From positions 384,249-448,248 of the forward strand of contig NC_009634.1 of assembly GCF_000017165.1 (NCBI RefSeq): a DNA stretch of 64,000 nt, written 5' to 3'. This DNA is from Methanococcus vannielii SB. GTDB lineage: Archaea; AGJL01; Methanococci; Methanococcales; Methanococcaceae. The translations under genes were made by a program, and so were the position numbers. Positions within the stretch are counted from its first letter, which is position 1; each line of letters begins with the position of its first letter. Of this stretch, positions 21,247 to 32,470 are shown piece by piece. The notes below the pieces were generated by a model. The model had not been told where the DNA came from and did no database searches. It saw only the letters and a program-made list of their open reading frames with translations.

Positions 21247-23289
21247 ATGAAGACTGAAATGACGAATGTTGATATAAGTGTTGCAGTTAATGAACTCCAA
21301 AGCTTAATTGGGGCGAAATTTGATAAAGCATTTTTATTAAGTGGCTCTGACGGGAAAGAATTAGTTTTAAAAGTGCATCTTCCTGAAGTAGGGTCAAAAG
21401 AAATAGCGATAGGCCTTGGAAAATATAAATATATTACAATTACAGAATATGAAAGAGAAAAACCAAAAAATCCCCCTTCCTTTGCAATGCTACTTAGAAA
21501 AAACTTGAATAATATTAAAATAACGAGTATAGAACAGCACAATTTTGATAGAATTGTACTATTCAATTTTGAATGGAATGAATTAAAGTATAAATTGATT
21601 ATCGAGTTATTTGGGGAAGGGAATGCAATATTACTTGATAAAAATGATGTGATAATTCTTCCATTAAAAATTGAACGGTGGAGTACAAGAAATGTTGTTC
21701 CAAAAGAAATTTATAAATTCCCTCCTCAAAAAGATCTTGAACCAAAGAATTTAGGGTATTCTATTGCAAAAGACCTGTTCTTTGAAGAATTTAAAAAAGA
21801 AGAAAACGTAAATACAGAGGTCGTTAGAATTGTTTCTAGAATTTTTGGACTTTCTGGAGTTTATGCAGAAGAAATATGCACCATTTCTAACGTTAACAAA
21901 AGTATTAAAAATCCAAACGAACAGGAACTTGAAGACCTGTTTTTTGGAACAAAACAATTTTTTAATAGAGTATTCAATGAAATTTGTTCTAAAATCACTA
22001 TTAAAAATAATGAATATGTTAATATTGACCCTATTTCCCTTAAAATTCATGAAAAAATACCTGAAAATGAAATTAAAAATTATGAGAGTTTTCTTGTAGC
22101 ACTTGATGAATATTTTTCAAGATTTATTATAAAAAAAGAGATTAAACAAGCTGAAACTAAGATTAATAAGCTTGTAAAAAAACAGGAACGAATATTAAAC
22201 AGTCAGCTTGAAACAAAGGAAAAATACGAAAAACAGTCCGTTTTAAATCAAGAAAAGGGCGACTTGATTTATGCCAATTATATGGATGTTGATGAGATAC
22301 TTTCAACAATAAGATCTGCAAGAGAAAAAATGGACTGGAATGCGATAAAAGAAGTTATCAATAAGAATAAAGATCATCAAATTTTAGGGAAAATTATAAG
22401 TGTAAACGAGAAAAATGCAGAAATAAGTTTAAAGTTATCTTTAGACTACGGTAATGGAATTATTGAAAAAAATGTAGTATTGGACTTAAGAAAAAATGCT
22501 TTTGAGAGTGCTGACGACTTTTATCAAAAATCAAAGAAGTTTAAAAATAAAGTTAGTGGAGTAATTGAAGCCTTAAAAATTTCTGAAAAGAAGTTGAATG
22601 AATTAAAAGAAAAAGAAAAAACAGATTCGGAAGTTCTCCGTGAAAAGGAGGAAAATATAAAGAAAAAAGAGAAAAAATTACTAAAATGGTATGAAAAATT
22701 AAAATGGACCCTAATTGATGGATATTTAATTGTTGCAGGAAAGGATGCAACTACCAATGAAATGATTATAAAAAGATACGTTGAAAAAAACGATATAGTA
22801 TTTCACACGTTAATGGACGGAGCACCATTTACAGTAATTAAAATGAAAGATTCTGAAAAGGCACCTGAAGAAAAAACACTATTTGAGGTTTCTAAGTTTG
22901 CAGCATCACACTCAAGAGCATGGAAACTTGGAGTAGGGAGTGCCGACGTTTATTGGGTTATGCCTGACCAGATTTCAAAGACTGCGGAAAGTGGAGAGTA
23001 CTTAAAAAAGGGTGCATTTGTTATTCGTGGAAAGAGAAATTTCATTAGAAGTGCTGCACTTGATTTAGGTGTCGGGATTTTTGAATATGATGGAGAACTT
23101 AAGCTAACTACTGGAACTGAAAATTCTTTAAAAGATTCATCTAAAAAATGGGTAATTTTAAAGTCCAGTAAAAAGAAAAAGAGTGATCTTGTAAAAGAAA
23201 TTTTAAAAGAATTTAGTGAATTTGGAATTGATGATGAAGATGTACTTAGAATACTTCCACCTGGAGAAAGCGAGCTAAAAATAAAGTAA
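21247..23289 (+). CDS. NFACT-family protein (FbpA/Tae2/RqcH-NEMF homolog) with NFACT-N, coiled coil and NFACT-R (DUF814)
   Basis: 680 aa. The N-terminal NFACT-N region has the conserved acidic residue set. A long coiled-coil middle is followed by DUF814 (YLIVAGKDATTNEMIIKRYVEKNDIVFHTLMDGAPF). Confidence 0.8.
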   Translation: MKTEMTNVDISVAVNELQSLIGAKFDKAFLLSGSDGKELVLKVHLPEVGSKEIAIGLGKYKYITITEYEREKPKNPPSFAMLLRKNLNNIKITSIEQHNFDRIVLFNFEWNELKYKLIIELFGEGNAILLDKNDVIILPLKIERWSTRNVVPKEIYKFPPQKDLEPKNLGYSIAKDLFFEEFKKEENVNTEVVRIVSRIFGLSGVYAEEICTISNVNKSIKNPNEQELEDLFFGTKQFFNRVFNEICSKITIKNNEYVNIDPISLKIHEKIPENEIKNYESFLVALDEYFSRFIIKKEIKQAETKINKLVKKQERILNSQLETKEKYEKQSVLNQEKGDLIYANYMDVDEILSTIRSAREKMDWNAIKEVINKNKDHQILGKIISVNEKNAEISLKLSLDYGNGIIEKNVVLDLRKNAFESADDFYQKSKKFKNKVSGVIEALKISEKKLNELKEKEKTDSEVLREKEENIKKKEKKLLKWYEKLKWTLIDGYLIVAGKDATTNEMIIKRYVEKNDIVFHTLMDGAPFTVIKMKDSEKAPEEKTLFEVSKFAASHSRAWKLGVGSADVYWVMPDQISKTAESGEYLKKGAFVIRGKRNFIRSAALDLGVGIFEYDGELKLTTGTENSLKDSSKKWVILKSSKKKKSDLVKEILKEFSEFGIDDEDVLRILPPGESELKIK

Positions 23290-23365
23290 TTTCAATTTTA
23301 ACCTCAGAATAGTGATATGAAAAAGATAATAAATATATCTTAAAATACTTTAGAGAGGGTTTTTT

Positions 23366-23725
23366 ATGAAAAATACAATTGAAAGAAGTTTTGAAATTAA
23401 GGATTATAGGATTGATGAAACGGATTTTGGAGATTTCTGGATGAATTTTGAAAATAAGGAAAAATTATCAGTAAAAATAACTTATATTCCAAAAGAAAAA
23501 TCTAAATTTACCAAAAATGATGTAAATCGTATTATTAGTTGCATAATTGAAAAAAGTAAATATTTTAAAGAAAATCTTCCCAAAAATATAGGTGTAAATG
23601 TTTTATTTAAAAACCTTGGCGAAAAATGCTTTAAACCTGAAGAAAATGAAATTAAAGACCTTGAAATTAAAGAAATGGATGAAATAAGCGTCATGTTCTA
23701 TTTTACAGTTTTATACCATATTTAA
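23366..23725 (+). CDS. hypothetical protein (119 aa)
   Basis: ORF with upstream AGAGGG RBS-like sequence. No recognisable motifs. Confidence 0.4.
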   Translation: MKNTIERSFEIKDYRIDETDFGDFWMNFENKEKLSVKITYIPKEKSKFTKNDVNRIISCIIEKSKYFKENLPKNIGVNVLFKNLGEKCFKPEENEIKDLEIKEMDEISVMFYFTVLYHI

Positions 23726-23759
23726 AAATATTTAAAAAAAATGGAATATTATGCCATTT

Positions 23760-24356
23760 TTATTTTATGCCCATTAACTTTCTAAGAACCATTGATGTAC
23801 CCATTGAACACATTATGTACCATCCAAGCCAGCCGAGTGCTTGATCTGAAACAACTCCAAATCCGCCGTGGTAAAATATTCCGCCAATCCAGTGCCATAT
23901 TCCAACAAATAGTACTTTTGAGATAATTATGGGTAGTTCAACAATAACTCCGTTCCATGCGGGAGTCATTGTATGATAAATTCCTCCAAAGTCATAAACG
24001 TGCCTAAGATATGCAAATATTATAATTATCGGAACCCATGTGTATATCATAGGTTTAAAACTCATTTTCATCATTTCCATTTGCATTTCCATCATTCTTT
24101 GCTGTTCTTTTTGTAGTCCAGCCATTAATTCTGGGTCTTTTGATGCTTTTCTAGCTTTAACCTGAAATTCTTGAAGTTCTTTTTTTAATTCTGCCATTCT
24201 TCCTTGATTAACTAGTAATTTAGTCGCTAAATTTATAATAAACGACACTAAAAGAGCGGTAAGAAATATAAAGATTGCAGGTTCCATTGTTTGTACCATC
24301 GGTAAAAAAATCGCATCCATTGAAGAATAAAATGCGGAATAAATAGATTCAAACAT
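23760..24356 (-). CDS. DUF106 membrane protein (archaeal Oxa1/YidC/EMC3-superfamily insertase homolog, Ylp1-like)
   Basis: TM1, then a charged coiled coil ([45 protein letters not shown]), then two further TMs. Conserved synteny places it directly downstream of adkA. The start is taken at MFESIY. Confidence 0.75.
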   Translation of the reverse strand: MFESIYSAFYSSMDAIFLPMVQTMEPAIFIFLTALLVSFIINLATKLLVNQGRMAELKKELQEFQVKARKASKDPELMAGLQKEQQRMMEMQMEMMKMSFKPMIYTWVPIIIIFAYLRHVYDFGGIYHTMTPAWNGVIVELPIIISKVLFVGIWHWIGGIFYHGGFGVVSDQALGWLGWYIMCSMGTSMVLRKLMGIK

Positions 24357-24423
24357 GTCTTTTCCCCTTTTACAAAATCGAATAAAGTTATAAATCAATT
24401 AAAAAAGTTAAAATATAAATAGA

Positions 24424-25044
<621 letters not shown>

Positions 25045-25171
25045 CTATTAGTAATAAACCCTATTTACTATCTAAATTACAATATATATAGGTTATTACT
25101 GGGTTATATGCCTTAAAAAATTATTAATTCTTAAAAAATAAAAAGAGACGTGAAGTAAAAATTAAATGTAA

Positions 25172-27097
25172 TTAAATCTGTTCCAATGCATCTATTTCAC
25201 GATTAATATCAATATTAGACACACTTTTAACAGAAAATTCTAGTTCATCGTTTCTAATATTTGGACTTCCGTAAAAAATAAAGTCTCTTCCAAGAATTTT
25301 TGAAAGTGCATCCAAGTTAGAAGATTTAAGTTCATTTTTAGACATTCCTGTAATTTTTTCCACATTCTGACCATAAATTCTGCAATTTATAACTGAAGTT
25401 CCGTCATCTATTGCAACTGTTGAAACTAAAAGTTCATTTGGAGTTACAGTTCCACAAGTCTCACATACGTACTCTTTTCCGGAAGCATTAAGTTTTTTCC
25501 TACAGTTTGGACATAAATTAAGTATTAAATCCTGTTTTCTAAAGTCAACAACAGTTCCACGAATTTCTGTTGATTTGCCTTCTTCAATATCTACAATAAA
25601 TGACCGGTTAGATTTTACCGATATTCCTTTTGGATTTACCAAAATCTGCCCAAATCTGCCTACTGAAAGATCCATATATTCTCCACTTTCTTTAACGTAA
25701 CCGTGAACTATTTTTAAAATATCGCCTTCTAAAATGGCCATTTCTGCGTAATTATCCCATAGCGACATTCGAATGCTTCCTGAATTATCATCTATAGTAA
25801 TATTTTTAACCTTTCCAGTTGAACCATTACTTCTTTTAAATTCATTTATAGGATAAGCTGAAACAACCATTCCAACGACTGTAACATCATTTTTATTGGC
25901 TTTTCCAGATAATATTTCGGAAATTGGAGTTACTATCTCTTCTATCTCCTTACTTAATTTTTTATCTTTTTTAAGCTCTGAAAGGTAGCTGTAAGTTAAA
26001 TCAGCTCGTTTTTCACCAGAATTATCATTATAATTTCGTAACTTACAGTTTGAAATTTTTACATAATCCCCGTTATTTAGCTCTTTTAAGACGTCCTTAT
26101 TAAGGCCCCAAAATGCAATTTTTACACGGCCTGTATCATCTGAAATGTACAAATCCTGAACTTCAGAGGTTCTATCATTAAATGAGACTTCCCTTGACGG
26201 TGAAATTGTAAGTATATTTCCAGAAACATTTACAAATTCACCTTTAAAGTCAGTAAGTTCTGAAATCTTTAAATTTTCACTTAAAGATTCTTCTAACTGT
26301 CCTTCTCTTATAATGGTGATATTGTCGGCAGATAATTCAAGTCCCGAATAACCCTGTTTTGCATACCCCTTTACTTCCACGTAATCGCCTTTTTTAACTT
26401 CAAAATCTGCTAATTCATTCCAGAGTGTAACGCGAATACTTCCAGTACTGTCCTTTAAAGTTAAAGATTTTAACTGCCCTGTTGTACCGTCTTTTTTGCT
26501 GAATTCCTTTTTAGGGTATGCCAAGATTACTTCCGCATTAATTTTTGCCAAAAGATTTGGTAAAAGTTCAGAAATACTGTAATTTTCTTTCAAAATTGGA
26601 TACCTTGATTCATCGTATTTTTTTAATTTTTCAATTGATAATTCAGAACCGCTATTTAATTCAACTTTATCATTCCATTTTCTACTAAATGCATTTTCAA
26701 TTTTTATAACGTCCCCTTTTTTTAAACCTTCAATAAGCTCAGTCTTATCATTCCATAAGGTAAGTCGAGTAGTTCCAGTATTGTCTCCAATTGTTATCGA
26801 TGCAAGTTTTCCAGTACTTCCATCTTTTTTGCTGAATTCTTTTGTATTGGAAACTTCAATTATTTTTCCAGATACTTCAACATTTTTTTGGCCGTCTTGA
26901 ATGTCTTTTATTGAAAAATCATATTCTTCGTCGTCATCGTAAGTAATTTCAATACCAAATTCCTGTGCAACAAGCATTACTGCACTTTCTTCACCAAGCA
27001 AGCCTGAATTTTCTTCAATTTTTTCGTTTACTCTTTTTTCAAGTTCTTTTTTGGATAATTTCGTTAATATCTTTTGTTTTAGCTTTTCGATATTCAT
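25172..27097 (-). CDS. rpa: replication protein A (ssDNA-binding) with four tandem OB folds and C-terminal zinc ribbon
   Basis: 641 aa. Four repeats of ~100 aa each contain (K/R)KDG(S/T)TG(K/Q)L...T(L/I)xDxTG(S/T)IR(V/L/M)(T/S)LW(N/D). A C4 ribbon (CPNCRKK...CETCG) follows. The architecture matches methanococcal RPA. Confidence 0.88.
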   Translation of the reverse strand: MNIEKLKQKILTKLSKKELEKRVNEKIEENSGLLGEESAVMLVAQEFGIEITYDDDEEYDFSIKDIQDGQKNVEVSGKIIEVSNTKEFSKKDGSTGKLASITIGDNTGTTRLTLWNDKTELIEGLKKGDVIKIENAFSRKWNDKVELNSGSELSIEKLKKYDESRYPILKENYSISELLPNLLAKINAEVILAYPKKEFSKKDGTTGQLKSLTLKDSTGSIRVTLWNELADFEVKKGDYVEVKGYAKQGYSGLELSADNITIIREGQLEESLSENLKISELTDFKGEFVNVSGNILTISPSREVSFNDRTSEVQDLYISDDTGRVKIAFWGLNKDVLKELNNGDYVKISNCKLRNYNDNSGEKRADLTYSYLSELKKDKKLSKEIEEIVTPISEILSGKANKNDVTVVGMVVSAYPINEFKRSNGSTGKVKNITIDDNSGSIRMSLWDNYAEMAILEGDILKIVHGYVKESGEYMDLSVGRFGQILVNPKGISVKSNRSFIVDIEEGKSTEIRGTVVDFRKQDLILNLCPNCRKKLNASGKEYVCETCGTVTPNELLVSTVAIDDGTSVINCRIYGQNVEKITGMSKNELKSSNLDALSKILGRDFIFYGSPNIRNDELEFSVKSVSNIDINREIDALEQI

Positions 27098-27350
27098 AAA
27101 TTTACACCGGTGAATGTTTAACTAATTTTGATTAATATTTTGCTAATTCTTAATATCATTTTTCAATTGATTCAAAGGTTAGTGTAATGAATTTTACTAA
27201 TGATATTTATATTGTTAAATATCCATTTTTATATTTGTTTGCATATAGTAATGACAATAAAATAATAAATAAATATTTACTTAAACTTGACTTATAATAT
27301 TTACTTTAAATTAAACCATTTAATTAAATCCACTTTTTTTTGGGAAAACC

Positions 27351-30281
27351 ATGAACATTAAGCGAATTGTATCGGAAATTAAAAAGGAAAGTTGGTATGC
27401 AAAGTTAGATGCTGTAAACCGACTTGGAAATATTACTTACGAGGAGCTAGACGATGCAGAATACGTACTTAGAAACCTACTTATAGAATTAGAATTTCCA
27501 AAAACCATAATGCAGGTTAGGATTTTATGGGCAGTCAATAATATTATAACACAATATCCAGAAATATCGTATAAAGTGATTCCCCACCTTTTAAGGATTT
27601 CTAATTCAGAAAATAAAGCAGTTAGTGAAATAGTAACTGAGTTATTGAATAGACCAGTTATGAAGTATGCAATTAAAAGATATGGGATATTGCTTTCAAA
27701 AGACTTACATTCAAAAAATTCCTTTTTAAAATTAGAAGCAATGATGAATGTGTGGAAAATGGCTCCCGTAACTCCCGAATTAATCGATTCCATACTTCCT
27801 GAAATAATTGAATCAACTTTAGAGAAAAATAACTTAAAAATAGGTATTTATTCGTGGCTAATTTTAGAATCTGAAGATAATAAAACAATTGATGAAATAG
27901 CAGACTTGGTAAATCAGGTGTATTTACATCTTGACTTAAGTGCATCTTATTCCCCATCCCACATTAAAAAACTTATATCAAGCCCAGACCTTATTTCTAA
28001 GTTTTCAGGATTAGTACTCCTTGAAAAAAACCCGGAAATAGTGAATAATGAAATTATTGAAGATATTTTAAAGATATTTACCGCTAAAAATATAAGCCGA
28101 TATTTAAAAGTGAGGTTATTTTTAACATTAGGGGTTCTTTCAAAAGATAAGCCATATTTAAAAAATATTATCATTAATGAAGCAAATAATATACTACAAT
28201 ATGAAAAAGACTGGCTTATCATATTCGGTGCACTTGTCGGGTACTATATAATCGGAGAAAAAGTAACAAATAATGAACTTTTAACACATGATGTCTCATT
28301 AATAAGAGCAATATCCGTACAGTTGATGGATTCTAAAAATATTGAAAAAGCGCTTAACATGTTAAGTGATTCACATATTATATCCTATGTTTCAACAATA
28401 GACAGATTTACAAAGCCAGACATTAATGAAGATTTAAAATTAAAATTTTTAAATGAACTTTCAAATCCGTGGAACTACCCATATATCAACAAAAACGTCG
28501 ATGATGAAGCGTTATTACGTATTAAAGAAGGTGTTTCAAGTATCGCAAACTCATGGAGTAATGAACACTGGGTTTCTAAAATAAATTTAATGAATGATAT
28601 TGCTCAAATTGCAGTAAATAATCCTGAATATATAGAACAGTCATTAGAATTAATAATAAAATCTATTGAAGACAAATTTGGACTTGTAAGGGCTCAAGGG
28701 CTATGGATTGTCAGGGCAATTCTTAGTACTGAGTCTTATGACCGTTTTAAAATTTTAGAAAAACTGGATAGCTATCTTGACCCTAAATTAAAAATTAACG
28801 ATCCAAATGTATTTGTAAGGCTAAATTACGTTCTCCTCCTTAGAAGTTTTTCAAACGTGTTAAAAGATATTGAAGGAAGTAATGAAAGAATTTCTGAAAT
28901 TATTGGACATTTGGTACATGTTTCATTAAATGATGAAATAAAAATCGTTTCAGAGGTATCGAATCTTATATTAAAATATGACTTTAATTTCGAAATAGAT
29001 AAGTCATACATTACTATTGAACATATGGATGAAATTTTAAAAGCTTATCCTTATGCTTCAACAGGAATTTTTAAGTATCTTGTAAAAAAATACCAAAATG
29101 ATAGCGTTGCACTAAAACGGATATTAAAAAGTTCTGAAAAGTATTTAGAATATGGTTGTGACTTTTTATGCATTGTTAATGGAATGAATTTTGAAAATAA
29201 TGAGATTTTTGAAATTACAAAAAATATTTTACAGGAAACTTCTCCAGAATGTACGGAATCAGTTAAATCGATTATAAATACGTATCTTGAAGAGAATAAC
29301 TGGAAAACTAGATTAAACGGGCTTTATGCAATAAAAAATATTTCAAAAATGGATATTAAAATAATAGAAATATTCATTTTAAAAATAACAGAAATTGCAT
29401 TATTTGATAGGATTTTTGAACTAAGAAATGAAGCTGGAAACCTACTTAAAAAATTACAGTACGAATACCCCGAAATCAGTAGGAAAACTTCCGTAAAATG
29501 TGTATTTAAACCTGAACCAGAATTATTAAAAATTATTAAAGAAAATGGATTTGGTGTTGATGAAGCACTTTGTGCACTGAACTTTAGAAAAGATGAAGTT
29601 TCAGATATTGAATCCCTTATAATGGTTATTTCAAAAGTTAGAAATAGTGAAAAGTGGTTTAGAAGAGTTTACGCATATAAACTCCTTGAAAACGTACTTA
29701 AACTTGAACAGATTGAAAATTACCATTATGAAATAATAAACTGGTGCCTTGAAGGTCAGATGGAGCAAAACCCTCTTATTTCAAAAATTTCAAAATCAAT
29801 TCTTGAAAAACTTGGACGTACAACTGAAACGATATCATCCAAAAAAACCGTTTCAGATAGAATAAGAAAAATTGGAAGTCTTCTTGAAAGTGGTGACTGG
29901 TCAGTTAAGGTGGAGGCATTACAATCTTTACAAGACTTTATCAATGAAGGACATTATGGGTATTTAGACCTTGTAATGGATAAATTAGATGACCCTCACT
30001 GGAAAGTTAAAAATACGGCACTCGGAATACTTGCAGATATTGACCCGGATCTTATAAAACCTGCAATTCCAAAAGTAATAAGTCTTTTAAAAGACGGAGA
30101 TGAATCTGTAATTTTAAAAACATTACTTACAATTAAAAAATTCGGGCAAAGAGACTCCAAAATTATCGAAAAAGTAATGCCTATGCTTGATGAACTTGAA
30201 AATTATGGGACATGGAGCATTAAAGAAGAAATAATGAGACTAAAATTAGCTCACTACCATAAAGCAAGGCAGAAACATTAA
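27351..30281 (+). CDS. large HEAT/PBS-lyase-like repeat protein (976 aa), function unknown
   Basis: Alpha-helical repeat character throughout. The C-terminal E-Z type HEAT repeats are recognisable (DWSVKVEALQSLQDF..., DDPHWKVKNTALGILADIDPD..., DGDESVILKTLLTIKKFG). Confidence 0.7.
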   Translation: MNIKRIVSEIKKESWYAKLDAVNRLGNITYEELDDAEYVLRNLLIELEFPKTIMQVRILWAVNNIITQYPEISYKVIPHLLRISNSENKAVSEIVTELLNRPVMKYAIKRYGILLSKDLHSKNSFLKLEAMMNVWKMAPVTPELIDSILPEIIESTLEKNNLKIGIYSWLILESEDNKTIDEIADLVNQVYLHLDLSASYSPSHIKKLISSPDLISKFSGLVLLEKNPEIVNNEIIEDILKIFTAKNISRYLKVRLFLTLGVLSKDKPYLKNIIINEANNILQYEKDWLIIFGALVGYYIIGEKVTNNELLTHDVSLIRAISVQLMDSKNIEKALNMLSDSHIISYVSTIDRFTKPDINEDLKLKFLNELSNPWNYPYINKNVDDEALLRIKEGVSSIANSWSNEHWVSKINLMNDIAQIAVNNPEYIEQSLELIIKSIEDKFGLVRAQGLWIVRAILSTESYDRFKILEKLDSYLDPKLKINDPNVFVRLNYVLLLRSFSNVLKDIEGSNERISEIIGHLVHVSLNDEIKIVSEVSNLILKYDFNFEIDKSYITIEHMDEILKAYPYASTGIFKYLVKKYQNDSVALKRILKSSEKYLEYGCDFLCIVNGMNFENNEIFEITKNILQETSPECTESVKSIINTYLEENNWKTRLNGLYAIKNISKMDIKIIEIFILKITEIALFDRIFELRNEAGNLLKKLQYEYPEISRKTSVKCVFKPEPELLKIIKENGFGVDEALCALNFRKDEVSDIESLIMVISKVRNSEKWFRRVYAYKLLENVLKLEQIENYHYEIINWCLEGQMEQNPLISKISKSILEKLGRTTETISSKKTVSDRIRKIGSLLESGDWSVKVEALQSLQDFINEGHYGYLDLVMDKLDDPHWKVKNTALGILADIDPDLIKPAIPKVISLLKDGDESVILKTLLTIKKFGQRDSKIIEKVMPMLDELENYGTWSIKEEIMRLKLAHYHKARQKH

Positions 30282-30352
30282 TTTAAGGATTTATTAATAA
30301 ATTTATTTTAAACACTAAAATTACTTTTACAATTGTTTAGGGCGAAAAAATC

Positions 30353-30949
30353 ATGAACAAATTTATAGTTTTTGAAGGAATTGATGGGAGTGGTAAAACT
30401 ACACAAGCTAAGATGCTTGCTGAAAAACTAAATGCAGAATATACTTGCGAACCTACAACTGGAAAAATAGGAAGAACTATACGAGAGGTTCTTTCTGGTT
30501 CAGAATGTAAAAAAGAAACACTAGCCCTTCTTTTTGCAGCCGATAGAGTAGAACATGTTTCTGAAATTGAAAAAATGTTACAAAAATCCCATGTGGTAAC
30601 TGATAGGTACGTTTATTCATCCATAATTTACCAAACAATGCAAGGGATTTCAAAGGAATTTATTTATTCGATAAACTTTTTTGCAAAAATTCCTGATATT
30701 GTAGTAATTTTAGACGTGGATACAGAAGAAGCCTTAAAAAGAATGGAATTTAGGGAAAAAGAAATTTTTGAAAAAATAGAATTTCAAAAAAAAATTAAGC
30801 AAGAATACCATAAAATAGCAGAATTAAAATGTTCAAAATTTGAACCAACTTATGGGTTCGTAATGGTAAATACAACTGGAAAAACGCCTGAAGAGGTTTT
30901 TAACGAACTATTTAATAAAATTTTAGATAAAATTCCTGATATTATTTAA
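30353..30949 (+). CDS. tmk: thymidylate kinase
   Basis: [16 protein letters not shown]-loop and DRY motif (VTDRYVYS). Confidence 0.9.
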   Translation: MNKFIVFEGIDGSGKTTQAKMLAEKLNAEYTCEPTTGKIGRTIREVLSGSECKKETLALLFAADRVEHVSEIEKMLQKSHVVTDRYVYSSIIYQTMQGISKEFIYSINFFAKIPDIVVILDVDTEEALKRMEFREKEIFEKIEFQKKIKQEYHKIAELKCSKFEPTYGFVMVNTTGKTPEEVFNELFNKILDKIPDII

Positions 30950-31037
30950 AAAAGTATATATATTGTCTCTTTTAAAACTTTATGCAGTATTATGAAACTA
31001 TTTCGTATATACGCATATTCTTATAAGGTGGCTCGTT

Positions 31038-31394
31038 ATGGAATTAGGACATGTATTCATCTTATTAGGGATGGGAATAATTGTTCTTGAAGTATTTTTA
31101 CCAGGATTAAATTTTCCTGTTGCAGGGGTCGCAGTTCTTATTTATGGCATATTTTTATTATTTGCTCCTGAATGGGCGCTTCCATCTGCTTTAATTGCAG
31201 GATTACTTACAGCATACCTAATGAAAAGATTTGTATATAAAACTGGATTAGATGTTAAAATAGGAGCAGAAAAACTTATTGGAGAACATGGGGAAATAGT
31301 AGATGATATTTTAGAAAATAATTTCGGACACGTAACAATTAATGGGGAAAGATGGCAGGCAAAATCCTCAAAATCAATAAAAAAAAGGGTCTGA
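31038..31394 (+). CDS. NfeD-like membrane protein (short form), stomatin operon partner; apparent frameshift truncates the C-terminal OB domain
   Basis: Two N-terminal TM helices are followed by GERWQAKS. The annotated frame stops at 31394. A -1 shift in the A8 run at 31379-31386 continues to 31454 and encodes the conserved NfeD C-terminal beta-barrel (SDVIIVGIEGVSLVVEDL). Confidence 0.7.
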   Translation: MELGHVFILLGMGIIVLEVFLPGLNFPVAGVAVLIYGIFLLFAPEWALPSALIAGLLTAYLMKRFVYKTGLDVKIGAEKLIGEHGEIVDDILENNFGHVTINGERWQAKSSKSIKKRV

Positions 31395-31597
31395 TGTGAT
31401 TATTGTAGGTATTGAAGGAGTTTCTTTAGTGGTAGAAGACTTAACTGATGAGTAAACGTAAATGATAACCGTGGTTATTATTTTATTATAATTATATTCA
31501 TTACATTAATTCATTACAATTATCTAGTAGTAGTATCTACAAATAGTAATTAATAGGATTATACATAATTTCGTAATTAAATGCTTGGAGGGATAAT

Positions 31598-32404
31598 ATG
31601 CCTTTTTGGCTAAACCTGATACTAGGGATATTTCTATTATTTATCATTATAAAGTCAGTAATTATCGTAAACCAGTTTGAACTTGGAATTATATTTAGAC
31701 TTGGAAAAGTTAGAGGAAAATTAACTCCGGGAATAAACTTTATAATTCCATTTATTGACGTACCTGTAAAAGTTGACGTTAGAACTAAGGTAATTGATGT
31801 TCCGCCTCAGGAAATGATTACAAGGGATAACGCAGGTGTTAAAATAGATGCAGTTATTTATTATCGAGTTATGGATGTAAGTAGGGCAATTTTAGAAGTT
31901 CAGAACTTCCAGTATGCAATTATAAACCTTGCACAGACTTCATTAAGGGCAATAATTGGTAGTCTTGAACTTGACGATGCTTTAAACAAAAGAGAATACA
32001 TTAATTCAAAACTTTTAGAAACCCTTGATAGAGATACGGATGCATGGGGCGTAAAAGTAGAAAAAGTAGAGTTAAGAGAAATTGAACCACCTACTGACAT
32101 TAAAAATGCAATGACCCAACAGATGAAAGCTGAAAGGTTAAAAAGAGCTGCAATTTTGGAAGCTGAGGGTGAAAAGCAGAGTAAAATCTTAAAAGCTCAA
32201 GGTATTGCAGAAAGTTTAAAAATCGAAGCAGAAGGCCAAGCAAAAGCAATACAAATTGTTTCTGAGTCTGCTCAAACCTATTTTAAAAATGAAGCACAGC
32301 TTTATAGGGCACTTGATGTAACTACAGACACGTTAAAAGACAACACTAAGTTTGTAATCTCTGAAAACGTAATGGATATTGCAAAAAAATTCATAAAGCA
32401 GTAA
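31598..32404 (+). CDS. SPFH/band-7 stomatin-like protein (prohibitin homolog)
   Basis: N-terminal TM helix, SPFH core ([18 protein letters not shown]...) and a C-terminal coiled coil. It is paired with the upstream nfeD. Confidence 0.88.
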   Translation: MPFWLNLILGIFLLFIIIKSVIIVNQFELGIIFRLGKVRGKLTPGINFIIPFIDVPVKVDVRTKVIDVPPQEMITRDNAGVKIDAVIYYRVMDVSRAILEVQNFQYAIINLAQTSLRAIIGSLELDDALNKREYINSKLLETLDRDTDAWGVKVEKVELREIEPPTDIKNAMTQQMKAERLKRAAILEAEGEKQSKILKAQGIAESLKIEAEGQAKAIQIVSESAQTYFKNEAQLYRALDVTTDTLKDNTKFVISENVMDIAKKFIKQ

Positions 32405-32470
32405 TTTCTACTTTTTTAATATTTTTTTATATTTTAAAATTCAGCCTGTTTTAAAAATTAAGCTTTTTGT

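Noticed and set aside
31440-31475. UGAUGA-like box downstream of nfeD, suggesting a C/D box sRNA
   Set aside because: There is no matching D box (CUGA) or terminal stem. The sequence is better explained as the out-of-frame C-terminal coding region of nfeD.
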